DNA from: Dehalococcoidia bacterium
GTDB lineage: Bacteria > Chloroflexota > Dehalococcoidia > UBA6926
Direction of reading: 5' to 3'
NCBI GenBank assembly: GCA_963666115.2
Contig: CAXXET010000004.1
Coordinates: 339,208-371,207, forward strand
DNA: 32,000 bases
Shown piece by piece: positions 7,126 to 15,366 of the stretch. The stretch's first letter is position 1, and every line of letters begins with the position of its first letter. The notes under the pieces are model-generated. The model ran no database searches. It worked only from the letters and a program-made list of their open reading frames with translations, and was not told where the DNA came from. Position numbers and translations under genes: made by a program.

Positions 7126-7836
7126 TTACGGCACGTCCATGTTTTTGAGGCGGTGGAGGGTTAGGAGGGCGAAGAGGACGAGGACGATGGCTGCGCCGAC
7201 CAGGGCGGCGACGCCGTCGATTGAATTGGGCGTGAATATCTCGCCGTCGCTGGCCCATTCCATGACGGAGAGGGTGTAGCCGTTGATGCTGAGATACTTG
7301 ACGCCGGCGAGAATGTTTGAGGCAACGCCCTCCCACACGAATACGTACACGATGGCGAACGCGAGAGCCTGGCCGGTGACGAGTCCAAGCCACGTGAAGA
7401 TGGCGGAATAGCCGATGACGCCAATGGCGATGCCGAGAAGGAACGCGAGGAATGTCGTGCTCGCGGCGTCATAGACAAGCCAGCCGGTGACTACCGCAGA
7501 CACGCCCACCAGCGCGCCGCTCACGATTATGACGCCAACCAGCTTGGCGACCACGATCTCCCACCGCCCAATGGGCTTCATGGTGAGAAAGCCGAGTGTG
7601 CGATCCTCCACCTCATTGCCAAATGCCGGGGTGGCGGTGATAGCGACGGTCAGGGGCAGGACGATGGCAACGACGACCGCGCCGATGAACTCCTCTTCCG
7701 TCGCGGTGGTATCCGCATCGGACAACGCGCGAATCAGGAGCGTCACCCCTGCCGGAAGCAGGGCGAGCGCCAACAGGATGATCACCCGGCGAAGCCCGGT
7801 CACCTGCCGCAGCGTGAGCAAGAAGACCTGCATCAT
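7126..7836 (-). CDS. ABC-2 type (NosY-like) transporter permease
   Basis: Six hydrophobic segments. FGNEVEDRTLGFLTMKPIGRWEIVVAKL is typical of ABC-2 permeases. Last gene of the four-gene ABC unit. Confidence 0.7.
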   Translation of the reverse strand: MMQVFLLTLRQVTGLRRVIILLALALLPAGVTLLIRALSDADTTATEEEFIGAVVVAIVLPLTVAITATPAFGNEVEDRTLGFLTMKPIGRWEIVVAKLVGVIIVSGALVGVSAVVTGWLVYDAASTTFLAFLLGIAIGVIGYSAIFTWLGLVTGQALAFAIVYVFVWEGVASNILAGVKYLSINGYTLSVMEWASDGEIFTPNSIDGVAALVGAAIVLVLFALLTLHRLKNMDVP

Positions 7837-7853
7837 GTGTCTGTCCGCCTCGT

Positions 7854-8789
7854 TTACCGCGCCACCACGTAGGAGAAGACGCTTTCCAGCGATTCGTCGG
7901 TGGGTTCCACGCTGAATAGGGTCACGCCGCTGTCTTTGGCGGCGCGGGGCAGGAGCGACTGGAGGGCGACAATGTCCCGCGTCGTGATCATCACCGCGTC
8001 GTCCGGCTCCACCTTGACCGAGTCCACGGACTCATCGGCAAAGAGGGCGCCGGCCAATTGACGCGAGTCGCTTGCGCGGATCCGGATTTCATAGGGCCGC
8101 TCATCCAGCTTGGCGCGAATGGCGTGGAAGTTGCCGGAGGCGGCCAGGCGGCCGGCGACCATCAGGAGGATGGTGTCCGCGAGTTCCTCCACTTCTTCGA
8201 GGATGTGGGATGAGACGACGACAGCGCGGCCTTCCGCTGCCAGCCGGTGCGCCATGTCCTGGAACTCCAGTCGCTGGCGCGGGTCCGTGCCGTTCAACGG
8301 CTCATCCAGAACCAGGATGGGCGGGTCATGGACGAGGGTGGCAGCGAGGCGCATCCGCTGCCTCATGCCGCGCGAATAGGTGGCGAGCTTGCGGTCTTGC
8401 GCATCCAGCAGATTGACCGTGCTGATGGCCTTTTCGACGGCTTCATCCACGTTCGGGACCTTTTGAAGCTTCGCGTTCAGGGCCACGAATTGCCGGCCGG
8501 TGAGTTGATCATAGACGGACTGGTGCTCCGTCATCACGCCGATGCTCCGATACAGAGCCACGCTGCCGCGCACCGGCTGCCCCATGATCAGGATTTCCCC
8601 TCGGGAAACGGCAGAGAGTCCGGCGATCATGTGGAGGAGCGTCGTCTTGCCCGCGCCGTTGGGGCCCAGGAGGCCGGTGACGCCGGGGCCGATGTCCAAC
8701 GAGACCTCGTTGACGGCGACAAGGTTGCCGAACCACTTGGACACGCCGCGCACGGAGATCATCGGCTCCTGGGGAGATGTCGTCGTCAT
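7854..8789 (-). CDS. ABC transporter ATP-binding protein (intact)
   Basis: Walker A GPNGAGKTT, signature YSRGMRQR, Walker B ILVLDEP and H-loop SSH are all present. The start at 8789 forms an ATGA overlap with the upstream permease stop. Confidence 0.85.
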   Translation of the reverse strand: MTTTSPQEPMISVRGVSKWFGNLVAVNEVSLDIGPGVTGLLGPNGAGKTTLLHMIAGLSAVSRGEILIMGQPVRGSVALYRSIGVMTEHQSVYDQLTGRQFVALNAKLQKVPNVDEAVEKAISTVNLLDAQDRKLATYSRGMRQRMRLAATLVHDPPILVLDEPLNGTDPRQRLEFQDMAHRLAAEGRAVVVSSHILEEVEELADTILLMVAGRLAASGNFHAIRAKLDERPYEIRIRASDSRQLAGALFADESVDSVKVEPDDAVMITTRDIVALQSLLPRAAKDSGVTLFSVEPTDESLESVFSYVVAR

Positions 8790-9865
8790 TGCGTGAACCC
8801 CCGATAGCGCCACCACAGGATTCCGACGGGAATGAGCACGAGCGCGGCATACACGCCGGCCACGCCGATGACGGGCAGGTCTCTAATAAGCGGCGTCCAG
8901 AAGTCGCCCTGTTGAATCTCAGCTGACCGGTCCGAATCAAACATCCAGTCGATGAGGATGGTCACGGCGGAGTCGGGCGCTAACAACAGCAGCCATCCCG
9001 CGGCGTCGCCCGCGAGAGCGGTGCATTCCTGCGTGACGGTCACGCCCTCAGGAGCGTTGAGCTCCGCCAATTCGGATTCCGTGAGGCCCGGACTTCCGAA
9101 CTCGGTACTCGTTATTGTCCCCGTCACAACCATCTCTTCCGTCGCGGGGTCACGCTCCCGGGTAGTCGTCACCGTCTCGCATGTGGGAGACGCAAAGATG
9201 CCCGGGACGACGTTCAGCAGCAAGATGCAGGTGATCAGGGTAGCGGCCACGTAGACACGCCGGGCGAAGAACGTGGAGAGCGCCAAGGGAATGGTCGTGA
9301 TGAAGAGGGCAATCATCGCGACGGCGACGATGCTGAGGGGGATGTCGGTCCACTCGTCGCGGAAGCGTTCGGCGGGGTCAGTCGACCCGATATAGGAGAC
9401 GCCAATCATGACGGCGAGGCCAATACAGATGAGGATGAAAACTGCGCTGACGAATGCCAGCCACCGCATGGTCACGTAATCGAAGATGCCCAGGGGCCGC
9501 ACGAGGTAGAGGGAGAGGACGTTTTCGCGGCGGTCAGGGATCAGGAGTTCCGGCGCGCTGATAGACGCGAGCAGGAACAGGAGGAGGATGATCCCGCCGA
9601 AGTATTGCTGGACGGGCGGGAGGTTCACTTCTCCGCCGCCGCTGAACGCGACTGGGATGACGACCAGGATCAGGGCCATGCCGACAGTGACGACACCCAT
9701 GAGGGCGGGGAGCACCTTCGCGCGTCCGCCGCGGCCAATGCCGAAGACCTGCCGCACGCCGTTGACGTACAAGGCCAGCAGGGCATTGGCCCGCCCGGCG
9801 CGCGGGCCGTCGTACGGCTGGTAGCCGATGTCAAAGAGTTCGCCGGTTTGCTGCTGCTCGGTCAT
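8786..9865 (-). CDS. ABC-2 family permease-like membrane protein with a large extracytoplasmic loop
   Basis: Multiple TM segments and an approximately 80-aa hydrophilic Cys-containing loop (PTCETVTT...QECTALAG). ATGA overlap with the upstream ATPase gene. Confidence 0.65.
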   Translation of the reverse strand: MTEQQQTGELFDIGYQPYDGPRAGRANALLALYVNGVRQVFGIGRGGRAKVLPALMGVVTVGMALILVVIPVAFSGGGEVNLPPVQQYFGGIILLLFLLASISAPELLIPDRRENVLSLYLVRPLGIFDYVTMRWLAFVSAVFILICIGLAVMIGVSYIGSTDPAERFRDEWTDIPLSIVAVAMIALFITTIPLALSTFFARRVYVAATLITCILLLNVVPGIFASPTCETVTTTRERDPATEEMVVTGTITSTEFGSPGLTESELAELNAPEGVTVTQECTALAGDAAGWLLLLAPDSAVTILIDWMFDSDRSAEIQQGDFWTPLIRDLPVIGVAGVYAALVLIPVGILWWRYRGFTQ

Positions 9866-10548
9866 GCGGTGGCATCCCCGTTTTCGCCACGGAATATCTC
9901 GGTCAACATACGGCGGCGCGGGGCCATGCGCCGGATGGGCGCGCCGATCTCCAACACCGCGTCCAGCACAGTGTCATTGTGCAGGTTCGGCTCATCCTGC
10001 GGCACCAGCACGGAACTGCCCTCTATGGTGGCGGTGATGCCGCGCGCGGCCAATGCGGCCACGAGCGCTTCCTGGTTGGGTCCGACGTCCACCGCCAGGG
10101 TCTGCGTGTCTCCCGTGAATCCCTCGACGGAGCCTTCACGCGCAACCCGGCCGCCCTCAAGGACGATGATGTTTTCGCAAGTACGCTCAACCTCGCCCAT
10201 GAGGTGGGAGGAGAACACGACGCTGATGCCGAAATCCGTGCCGGTGCGCCGAACAAGGGAGAGCATATCGTCGCGGCTTTCCGGATCGAGGCCGGCGGTC
10301 GGCTCATCGAGCAGGATCAGCCTGGGGTCGTGGACAAGAGCCTGGGCGAGCTTGGCGCGCTGCTTCATGCCGGTGGAGTATTCGCCCATGCTTCGGAATC
10401 GCTCCTCGTGCATTCCGACGTGGCGGAGAGTATCGGATGCGCGTGAGCGGGCTTCGCCGGGCGGGAGGCCACTCACGCTATCGAGGGCAAGAACCCTGCC
10501 GTAACGCTTGGTCAGGTTGGTCGCTTCGAGGAGGGGGGCTGTTTCCAT
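9862..10548 (-). CDS. ABC ATPase homologue lacking Walker A and Q-loop (in-frame deletion; possible pseudogene)
   Basis: LLEATNLTKRYGRVLALDSVS runs directly into GLPPGEARSRASDTLRHVGM...YSTGMKQR...LILLDEPTAGLD...SSH. Compared with the paralogue at 7854-8789, about 75-80 residues including GxxGxGKT are absent. Confidence 0.7.
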   Translation of the reverse strand: METAPLLEATNLTKRYGRVLALDSVSGLPPGEARSRASDTLRHVGMHEERFRSMGEYSTGMKQRAKLAQALVHDPRLILLDEPTAGLDPESRDDMLSLVRRTGTDFGISVVFSSHLMGEVERTCENIIVLEGGRVAREGSVEGFTGDTQTLAVDVGPNQEALVAALAARGITATIEGSSVLVPQDEPNLHNDTVLDAVLEIGAPIRRMAPRRRMLTEIFRGENGDATA

Positions 10549-10554
10549 GAAAGC

Positions 10555-10583
10555 AGGATAGCGGATTCGGATTGTCAAGCCAA
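10555..10583 (-). promoter_or_regulatory. Candidate promoter TTGGCT-17 nt-TATCCT with the ATG 6 nt after the -10 (leaderless type)
   Basis: The rc of 10578-10583 is TTGGCT and the rc of 10555-10560 is TATCCT. gctttc then precedes the ATG at 10548. No SD is present. Confidence 0.4.
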
Positions 10584-10599
10584 TCCGAATCCGCTATCC
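10556..10599. promoter_or_regulatory. Perfect 19-bp inverted repeat GGATAGCGGATTCGGATTG-N6-CAATCCGAATCCGCTATCC (operator and/or terminator hairpin)
   Basis: Read directly from the sequence. Lies between the stop at 10627 and the start at 10548. Spans the -35 and overlaps all but the last base of the -10 of the candidate promoter. Confidence 0.6.
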
Positions 10600-10626
10600 G
10601 CACAAAATGATTATGACCATGCGTTC

Positions 10627-11493
10627 TTAAAGAGTTTCCTCTTCAAGCTGCTGCCAGTCCGAGAGGCCGAGGATTTCGTTGCGGGCGGGGAGGGGCATGA
10701 CTCGGTCAAGGAGGTTGGCGTTGCCACCCTGCCCCTTCAGCGCGTCGAGGCTGTCGGCGACGGCTTTGGCGGCTGCGCCGATGGCGAGGCCCGAATAGCC
10801 GATGAGTGTGTAGCCCATCTCAGCGAGATCGGCGGCGGGCAGGAGCGGAGTCTTGCCGCCTTCTGTGAGAACGACCATGAGCGTGCCTTTGCCCACGAGT
10901 TTGGGGAATTGTTCAAGCTCGTCGCTAGTTCCGGGGCCGGCGAGAAAGGCCATATCTGCTCCGGTGTCAAGGTAGGCGCGGGCGCGTTTCGCTGCGCCCT
11001 CTACGCCCTCGGTTTCGACGGCGTCCGTGCGAGCGATGACGACGAAATCGGGGCTGCGCCTTGCGCCCAGGGCGGCGCGGAGCTTGCCCAGCATGGCGTC
11101 TGTCGAGACCACGCGGGTTCCGGCAAGGTGGGCGCAGCGTTTCGGGTCTTCCTGGTCTTCCATGAAGAGACCGGCCAGGCCCGCGTCCTCCATGGCGCGG
11201 ACGGTGTGAGCGGCCTGCAACGGGCCGCCGTAGCCGGTATCGGCATCGGCGATGACAGGGATATTCACGGCAGCAGCGATGCGGCGGGCCTGCCCCACCA
11301 CGTCCTCACGTGAGAGAAGCCCGACGTCCGGCAGGCCGAATGCGGACGCAGCGACGGATGAGCCGCTGATGCCGGCGGCGGGGAAACCAGCCGCCTCGAT
11401 GAGTTTGGCGGAGAAGGCATCGTAGGCGAAGGGGACGACGAGGGGGGCGGGGGCAGCCAAGAGTTGGCGGAGGGAGTTTGGTTTGGTAGTCAT
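10627..11493 (-). CDS. Isocitrate lyase/PEP mutase superfamily enzyme (methylisocitrate-lyase / oxaloacetate-decarboxylase-like)
   Basis: IADADTGYGG, FMEDQEDPKRCAHLAG (a KRCGH-type loop) and VIARTDA are superfamily hallmarks. Confidence 0.8.
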   Translation of the reverse strand: MTTKPNSLRQLLAAPAPLVVPFAYDAFSAKLIEAAGFPAAGISGSSVAASAFGLPDVGLLSREDVVGQARRIAAAVNIPVIADADTGYGGPLQAAHTVRAMEDAGLAGLFMEDQEDPKRCAHLAGTRVVSTDAMLGKLRAALGARRSPDFVVIARTDAVETEGVEGAAKRARAYLDTGADMAFLAGPGTSDELEQFPKLVGKGTLMVVLTEGGKTPLLPAADLAEMGYTLIGYSGLAIGAAAKAVADSLDALKGQGGNANLLDRVMPLPARNEILGLSDWQQLEEETL

Positions 11494-11499
11494 GGTTTA

Positions 11500-11542
11500 G
11501 GTTCCCGCTTTCGCGGGAATGACGGATGGGGGCGGGAATGAC
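11500..11542 (+). repeat. Repeat family B, copy B2 (11500-11523) plus a partial tail GCGGGAATGAC (11532-11542)
   Basis: GGTTCCCGCTTTCGCGGGAATGAC. Intergenic. Confidence 0.85.
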
Positions 11543-11564
11543 GAATGGGTATTGTCGTCATGAC

Positions 11565-12284
11565 TTAGGTTTGGGCGCGGGCTGGGACGGCTTCGAGGAT
11601 GGGTTGGAGTTCGTCCAGGGGCATGACGTCTGCGTATTTCTGGGCGATGTCGAAGAGGTTGATGGCGTGGGACGCTTGGCCCCGATCCCATACGCAGTCC
11701 TCGGGAACGACGCAGCGGAAGCCGTAGCTCATGCCATCGACGACGGTGCCGCGCACGCAGCCGCTCGTGGTGCAGCCGACGACGATCAGGGTATCCGCGC
11801 CGGCGGCGACAAGCTGGGTGACGAGGTTGGTGCCGAAGAAGATGGAGGGGAATCGCTTGTAGATGATGACGTCTCCCGGCTCCGGCGTGAGCGGCTCCAC
11901 GATCTGCGCGCCGCGGCTGCCGGGCAGGTTGTAGTCAGCGGAGAGGGACGGAATTTTGTCCGTGTAGCGCGCGCCCTCCTGTACGCCGGTGCGCTCACCC
12001 TGCGCGTACATGACCGGCCAGCCCTTGCCGCGGAATGTCTTGACGAGCTGCTCGATGCGCTCCACGGCGCGCCACGCATCCTCACCGACGGCGGTGGCGT
12101 ACTGCTTCATGGCCTCCTGGATGGGAACGGGGCCTTCGCCGGTGGTGCGGTATTGGGCGTCGATGATGAGCAAAGCGGGGCGTTCGCCGACGCCGACGCT
12201 CGCGCCGAAGCCGGATTGGGCATAGATTTCACGGTCACGGTCGCTGATAAAGGCGTCCCAGGGGCGGGCGGTTTTGGTTGTCAT
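11565..12284 (-). CDS. Isochorismatase-family cysteine hydrolase (N-carbamoylsarcosine-amidase/RutB-like)
   Basis: PALLIIDAQY (Asp), IIYKRFPS (Lys) and LIVVGCTTSGCVRGTVVDG (nucleophilic Cys) form the family triad pattern. Confidence 0.8.
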   Translation of the reverse strand: MTTKTARPWDAFISDRDREIYAQSGFGASVGVGERPALLIIDAQYRTTGEGPVPIQEAMKQYATAVGEDAWRAVERIEQLVKTFRGKGWPVMYAQGERTGVQEGARYTDKIPSLSADYNLPGSRGAQIVEPLTPEPGDVIIYKRFPSIFFGTNLVTQLVAAGADTLIVVGCTTSGCVRGTVVDGMSYGFRCVVPEDCVWDRGQASHAINLFDIAQKYADVMPLDELQPILEAVPARAQT

Positions 12285-12292
12285 GGTGTTCT

Positions 12293-12976
12293 CTAGTTCT
12301 TGGAGATGAAGGGGTTGAGCTGGTCTGCGAGGGTTGCGATGGTGCGGGTCTGAACCCAGACCTTGCCCTTGCCGCGGAACTTCATGACCACGCCTTCGCC
12401 GCCCCCGATGAGGGACACGAGGCCGCCAACCTTGCCGATGGTGTACTCGACACCATCGGTAAAGGCGACAAGATGGCCGGTATCGACCACCAACTCCTGA
12501 TCGCCGGAGACGGTCAGCTCCTTGATCGCGCCAAAGCAGTTGCAGTAGACGACGCCGGTATCGCGCTCCACGTAGGCGCGGAGGAAGAAGAGGTTTTCGC
12601 CGCTGAACACGCCGCGCAATCCCTGGAACTTCGTGTCCAGCTCGACGTTCAGATTGGACGCGAGGAAAGAGCCGCCCTGGATGTAGAGATTCTGGCCGGG
12701 CTCAAGGTCAAAGGACTTGATGTCGCCGGGCACGGTGGGCGCGATGCCGATCCAGCCACCGCCGCGGCCGGCGGTGAAAGTATTCACGAAGAAGGACTCG
12801 CCGGCGACCATGCGCCGCAGCTTGCCCATGAATCCGCCGCCGGTCATGCCCGTGTGAAGCTCAAGGTTCTGTTGGGTGGCCATCGCGCCGGGCTCAACCC
12901 TGACTGCCTCGCCCTCGTCCAATTCCATGGTCAGAAAGCTGTATGCCGGAGCGAATTCGGTCGTTACCTTCATCAT
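12293..12976 (-). CDS. AIM24/TIGR00266 (DUF124) family protein
   Basis: MMKVTTEFAPAYSFLTMELDEGEAVRVEPGAMA...VDTGHLVAFTDGVEY...GEGVVMKFRGKGKVWVQTR is the typical family pattern. The start is trimmed to ATGATG at 12976 (GAGGGGG SD), because the longer track ORF would overlap the ribokinase gene. Confidence 0.75.
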   Translation of the reverse strand: MMKVTTEFAPAYSFLTMELDEGEAVRVEPGAMATQQNLELHTGMTGGGFMGKLRRMVAGESFFVNTFTAGRGGGWIGIAPTVPGDIKSFDLEPGQNLYIQGGSFLASNLNVELDTKFQGLRGVFSGENLFFLRAYVERDTGVVYCNCFGAIKELTVSGDQELVVDTGHLVAFTDGVEYTIGKVGGLVSLIGGGEGVVMKFRGKGKVWVQTRTIATLADQLNPFISKN

Positions 12977-13022
12977 GTCCCCCTCAGTCCAATCGTCCTG
13001 CCAACCGGCGATTGCCAGTCGG

Positions 13023-14021
13023 CTACTCAATCGTATCACTACGGACTGCGCCGCCCAACGCCCGCCACGCGTTAAGAACCGCGTCCAGTTCATCCGCAGT
13101 TGGAGCATCGCGCGTGCCGGGGCGCGAGACGTTGACGCCGGCGGCGGCAGTCGCGCCGAGCAGGACATCGGCAGCGTCATGTCCCTGCGCTTCGAGGGCC
13201 GCGAGCGCGCCGTGAAAGGCGTCCCCTGCCCCAACGCTGCTGACAGGGACCATGTCCAGTTCAGCGAGCGGGAGAGGCGGGACGCGCGTCAACTCATCGC
13301 GCAGCAGGTCGATGACGACCGCGCCCTGAGCGCCCTGTTTAAGGATGATGCGGTTTCGCCAGCCGTCGGTGCGGAGGCGTGCGGCGATTTCACGCGGGTC
13401 GTCCTGCCCAAACAGATCGGCGGTCTCTTCCTCATTGAGGAGGAGGGTATCGACGCGGCGGGCAAGGGGGACAACGATGGCGGGATCGGCGGCGGCAAGC
13501 ACGCCGGGGTCCCAGGAAACGCGGCAATCCGTGGCGGTGGTGATGTAGAGGATTTCCTCGATGACGGGCAGCGGCGGGTCTGTTATGGCGCAGTTGCGGG
13601 CGCGGGCGAGCATGGAACGGGCGGCGGGTTGGCGGACGTGGTCCGGCGTGAGGAGGGCGTTTGCGCCGAGGGCGCTGGCGATTATGTTCTGGCTGTTGGC
13701 GTCCACGAGGATGAACGCCTGGCCGGATTCGGCGTTGGAAATGGTCGGGACTGCATCCGTTCGTATTCCTTCGCTGTGAAGCAGTTCACTTTGTAGACCG
13801 GCGATTGCATCGTCTCCGAGCGCGCCGATGAATGAAACGCTCTGTTTGGGGAGGAGGCGGGCGGCTGCAACGGCGACGTTGGCGCCGGTGCCGCCGGGGA
13901 CACGGGCAACCTCGGAAACGGTGACCTCCTGGCCGGGCGCCGGGAGCGACTCCACGAAGAGTGTCACGTCCCAGTTGATGGCCCCCACCGCGACGACGAG
14001 GGGCGTAGTCGAGTTGGTCAC
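13023..14021 (-). CDS. rbsK: PfkB-family sugar kinase, ribokinase-like
   Basis: VAVGAINWDV, PGGTGANVAVAAARL and C-terminal VSSVGAGDAFHGAL are present. ATGA overlap with the nucleoside hydrolase gene. Confidence 0.75.
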   Translation of the reverse strand: MTNSTTPLVVAVGAINWDVTLFVESLPAPGQEVTVSEVARVPGGTGANVAVAAARLLPKQSVSFIGALGDDAIAGLQSELLHSEGIRTDAVPTISNAESGQAFILVDANSQNIIASALGANALLTPDHVRQPAARSMLARARNCAITDPPLPVIEEILYITTATDCRVSWDPGVLAAADPAIVVPLARRVDTLLLNEEETADLFGQDDPREIAARLRTDGWRNRIILKQGAQGAVVIDLLRDELTRVPPLPLAELDMVPVSSVGAGDAFHGALAALEAQGHDAADVLLGATAAAGVNVSRPGTRDAPTADELDAVLNAWRALGGAVRSDTIE

Positions 14022-14965
14022 GCTTCCTGTGTCAGGCGGGAGAAGACGAGTTCAAGGAAACGCGGGCCGTCGACGGCGGTGACGACGTTGACCTGCCTGT
14101 CGTCGGTTGCCGCTCGGCGCGGACGCCTGTCGGCGATGGTCTGGCCGCGGACGGAGCCGTCCTGCGTGACGATCTCAACGGGATAGGGGCGCGTTTCGAA
14201 GAGGGTGGGGTCGATGACATAGGCGATGGCCTGCGCGTCGTGGATATTGACGACGCCGAATCGTCCCAGGGCCTGGATGGTGATGAGGGCGGCGGTCTGG
14301 GCGTACGTGTCGGTGCTGGCGGCGAGGACGGCATGGCGCTCGGGGTTGATGGAGCTTGTGGGATCGGTGGTGACATCGAGGCCGACGGCGGTGATGGAGA
14401 TGTCTGCGGCGAAGAGCTCGGCGGCGGCTTCGGGGTCGGCCCAGATGTTGAACTCCGAGACGGTGGTGACGTTGCCGTGGCCATAGGGGGTGAGGGCGAA
14501 CGCGCCTCCCATGAGAACGATGTTGTTGAGCCGCGCAAAGGCATCCGGCGCCTCCCGCATCAGGTGTGCGACGTTGGTCATGGGGCCGGTGGGGATGAGG
14601 GTGATCTCGCCCGGTTCGCGCGCCATGACGATATCGGAGATGAACTGCACGGCGGGGCGGTCATCAAACGACATCTGCGTCGGTTGAGGGACAGGCGCGC
14701 CGCCGAGTCCATCGTTGCCGTGGACGTGTACGGCGTCTTCGGGTTCGCGGGTTAGGGGCTTGGCGGCGCCGCGCGCGACGGGGATTTCAGTGCGGCCAGC
14801 GGCTTCGAGGACGCGCAGGACGTTGTTAGCCGTGTGTTCAAGAGGAGCGTTGCCCGCGACAGCGGTGATACCGAGGATATCCAGTTCCGGAGAGCGGAGT
14901 GCAAGGAGGATAGCAAGGGAATCGTCGATGCCGACATCCATATCCAGAATGACTTTGGTGGGCAC
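14018..14965 (-). CDS. Nucleoside hydrolase (inosine-uridine preferring family)
   Basis: The N-terminal VILDMDVGIDDSLAILLAL is the DxDxxxDD fingerprint. GTG start with GGTGAGGGGG SD supplied by repeat C2. Confidence 0.85.
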   Translation of the reverse strand: MPTKVILDMDVGIDDSLAILLALRSPELDILGITAVAGNAPLEHTANNVLRVLEAAGRTEIPVARGAAKPLTREPEDAVHVHGNDGLGGAPVPQPTQMSFDDRPAVQFISDIVMAREPGEITLIPTGPMTNVAHLMREAPDAFARLNNIVLMGGAFALTPYGHGNVTTVSEFNIWADPEAAAELFAADISITAVGLDVTTDPTSSINPERHAVLAASTDTYAQTAALITIQALGRFGVVNIHDAQAIAYVIDPTLFETRPYPVEIVTQDGSVRGQTIADRRPRRAATDDRQVNVVTAVDGPRFLELVFSRLTQEA

Positions 14966-14970
14966 GATTA

Positions 14971-15006
14971 CCCCCTCACCTTAACCCTCTCCCCCAGGGA
15001 GAGGGG
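14971..15006 (+). repeat. Repeat family C, copy C2 (CCCCCTCACCTTAACCCTCTCCCCCAGGGAGAGGGGGC)
   Basis: Near-identical to C1. Hairpin spans 14985-15005. Overlaps the 3' end of the CDS 14981-15364 and supplies the SD of the gene starting at 14965. Confidence 0.85.
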
Positions 15007-15364
15007 GCTGTGAATTACCTTCGGCGCTCATCTGTATTTTCCTGCGACGGCGCTTACCGAACATTGGACGAAGCATCATCATCCACATTATCTGTAAACC
15101 ACGCCAGATATAGGCGACTGTAAAGACAATGAGCGCAACGACAAAGGGGTTTTCATCAAACCAACTCGTCTCCCAAATCATCCTTCCATCGCTGGAGTAT
15201 GAAGGTTCCAGAGCATATGCCAATGACCCACATAGTAGCCCAGCGACGAAGGCCCAATTGAACCACCCGAGCTCACTCGCAATTGCCCCAAATTGAGCCA
15301 TGACTGAATTGAAAGTGTCCTCGTAGACGCGCTGCGCGTGGCGCAGATCTCTCAGCAGCCTCAT
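14981..15364 (-). CDS. Small membrane protein, unknown function (low-GC islet)
   Basis: Starts MRLLRDL (GAGGAG upstream), 2 nt after the stop of the zinc-ribbon ORF. Two to three hydrophobic segments then KRRRRK. The last 11 residues and the stop come from repeat C2. Confidence 0.5.
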   Translation of the reverse strand: MRLLRDLRHAQRVYEDTFNSVMAQFGAIASELGWFNWAFVAGLLCGSLAYALEPSYSSDGRMIWETSWFDENPFVVALIVFTVAYIWRGLQIMWMMMLRPMFGKRRRRKIQMSAEGNSQPPLPGGEG

Positions 15365-15366
15365 TT

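Noticed and set aside
12977-13234. N-terminal 86-residue extension of the AIM24-family ORF (track ORF 12293-13234)
   Set aside because: The extension overlaps the 3' end of the ribokinase gene in another frame and is Arg/Ser/Pro-rich. The ATGATG at 12976 has a GAGGGGG SD and matches the usual family N-terminus.
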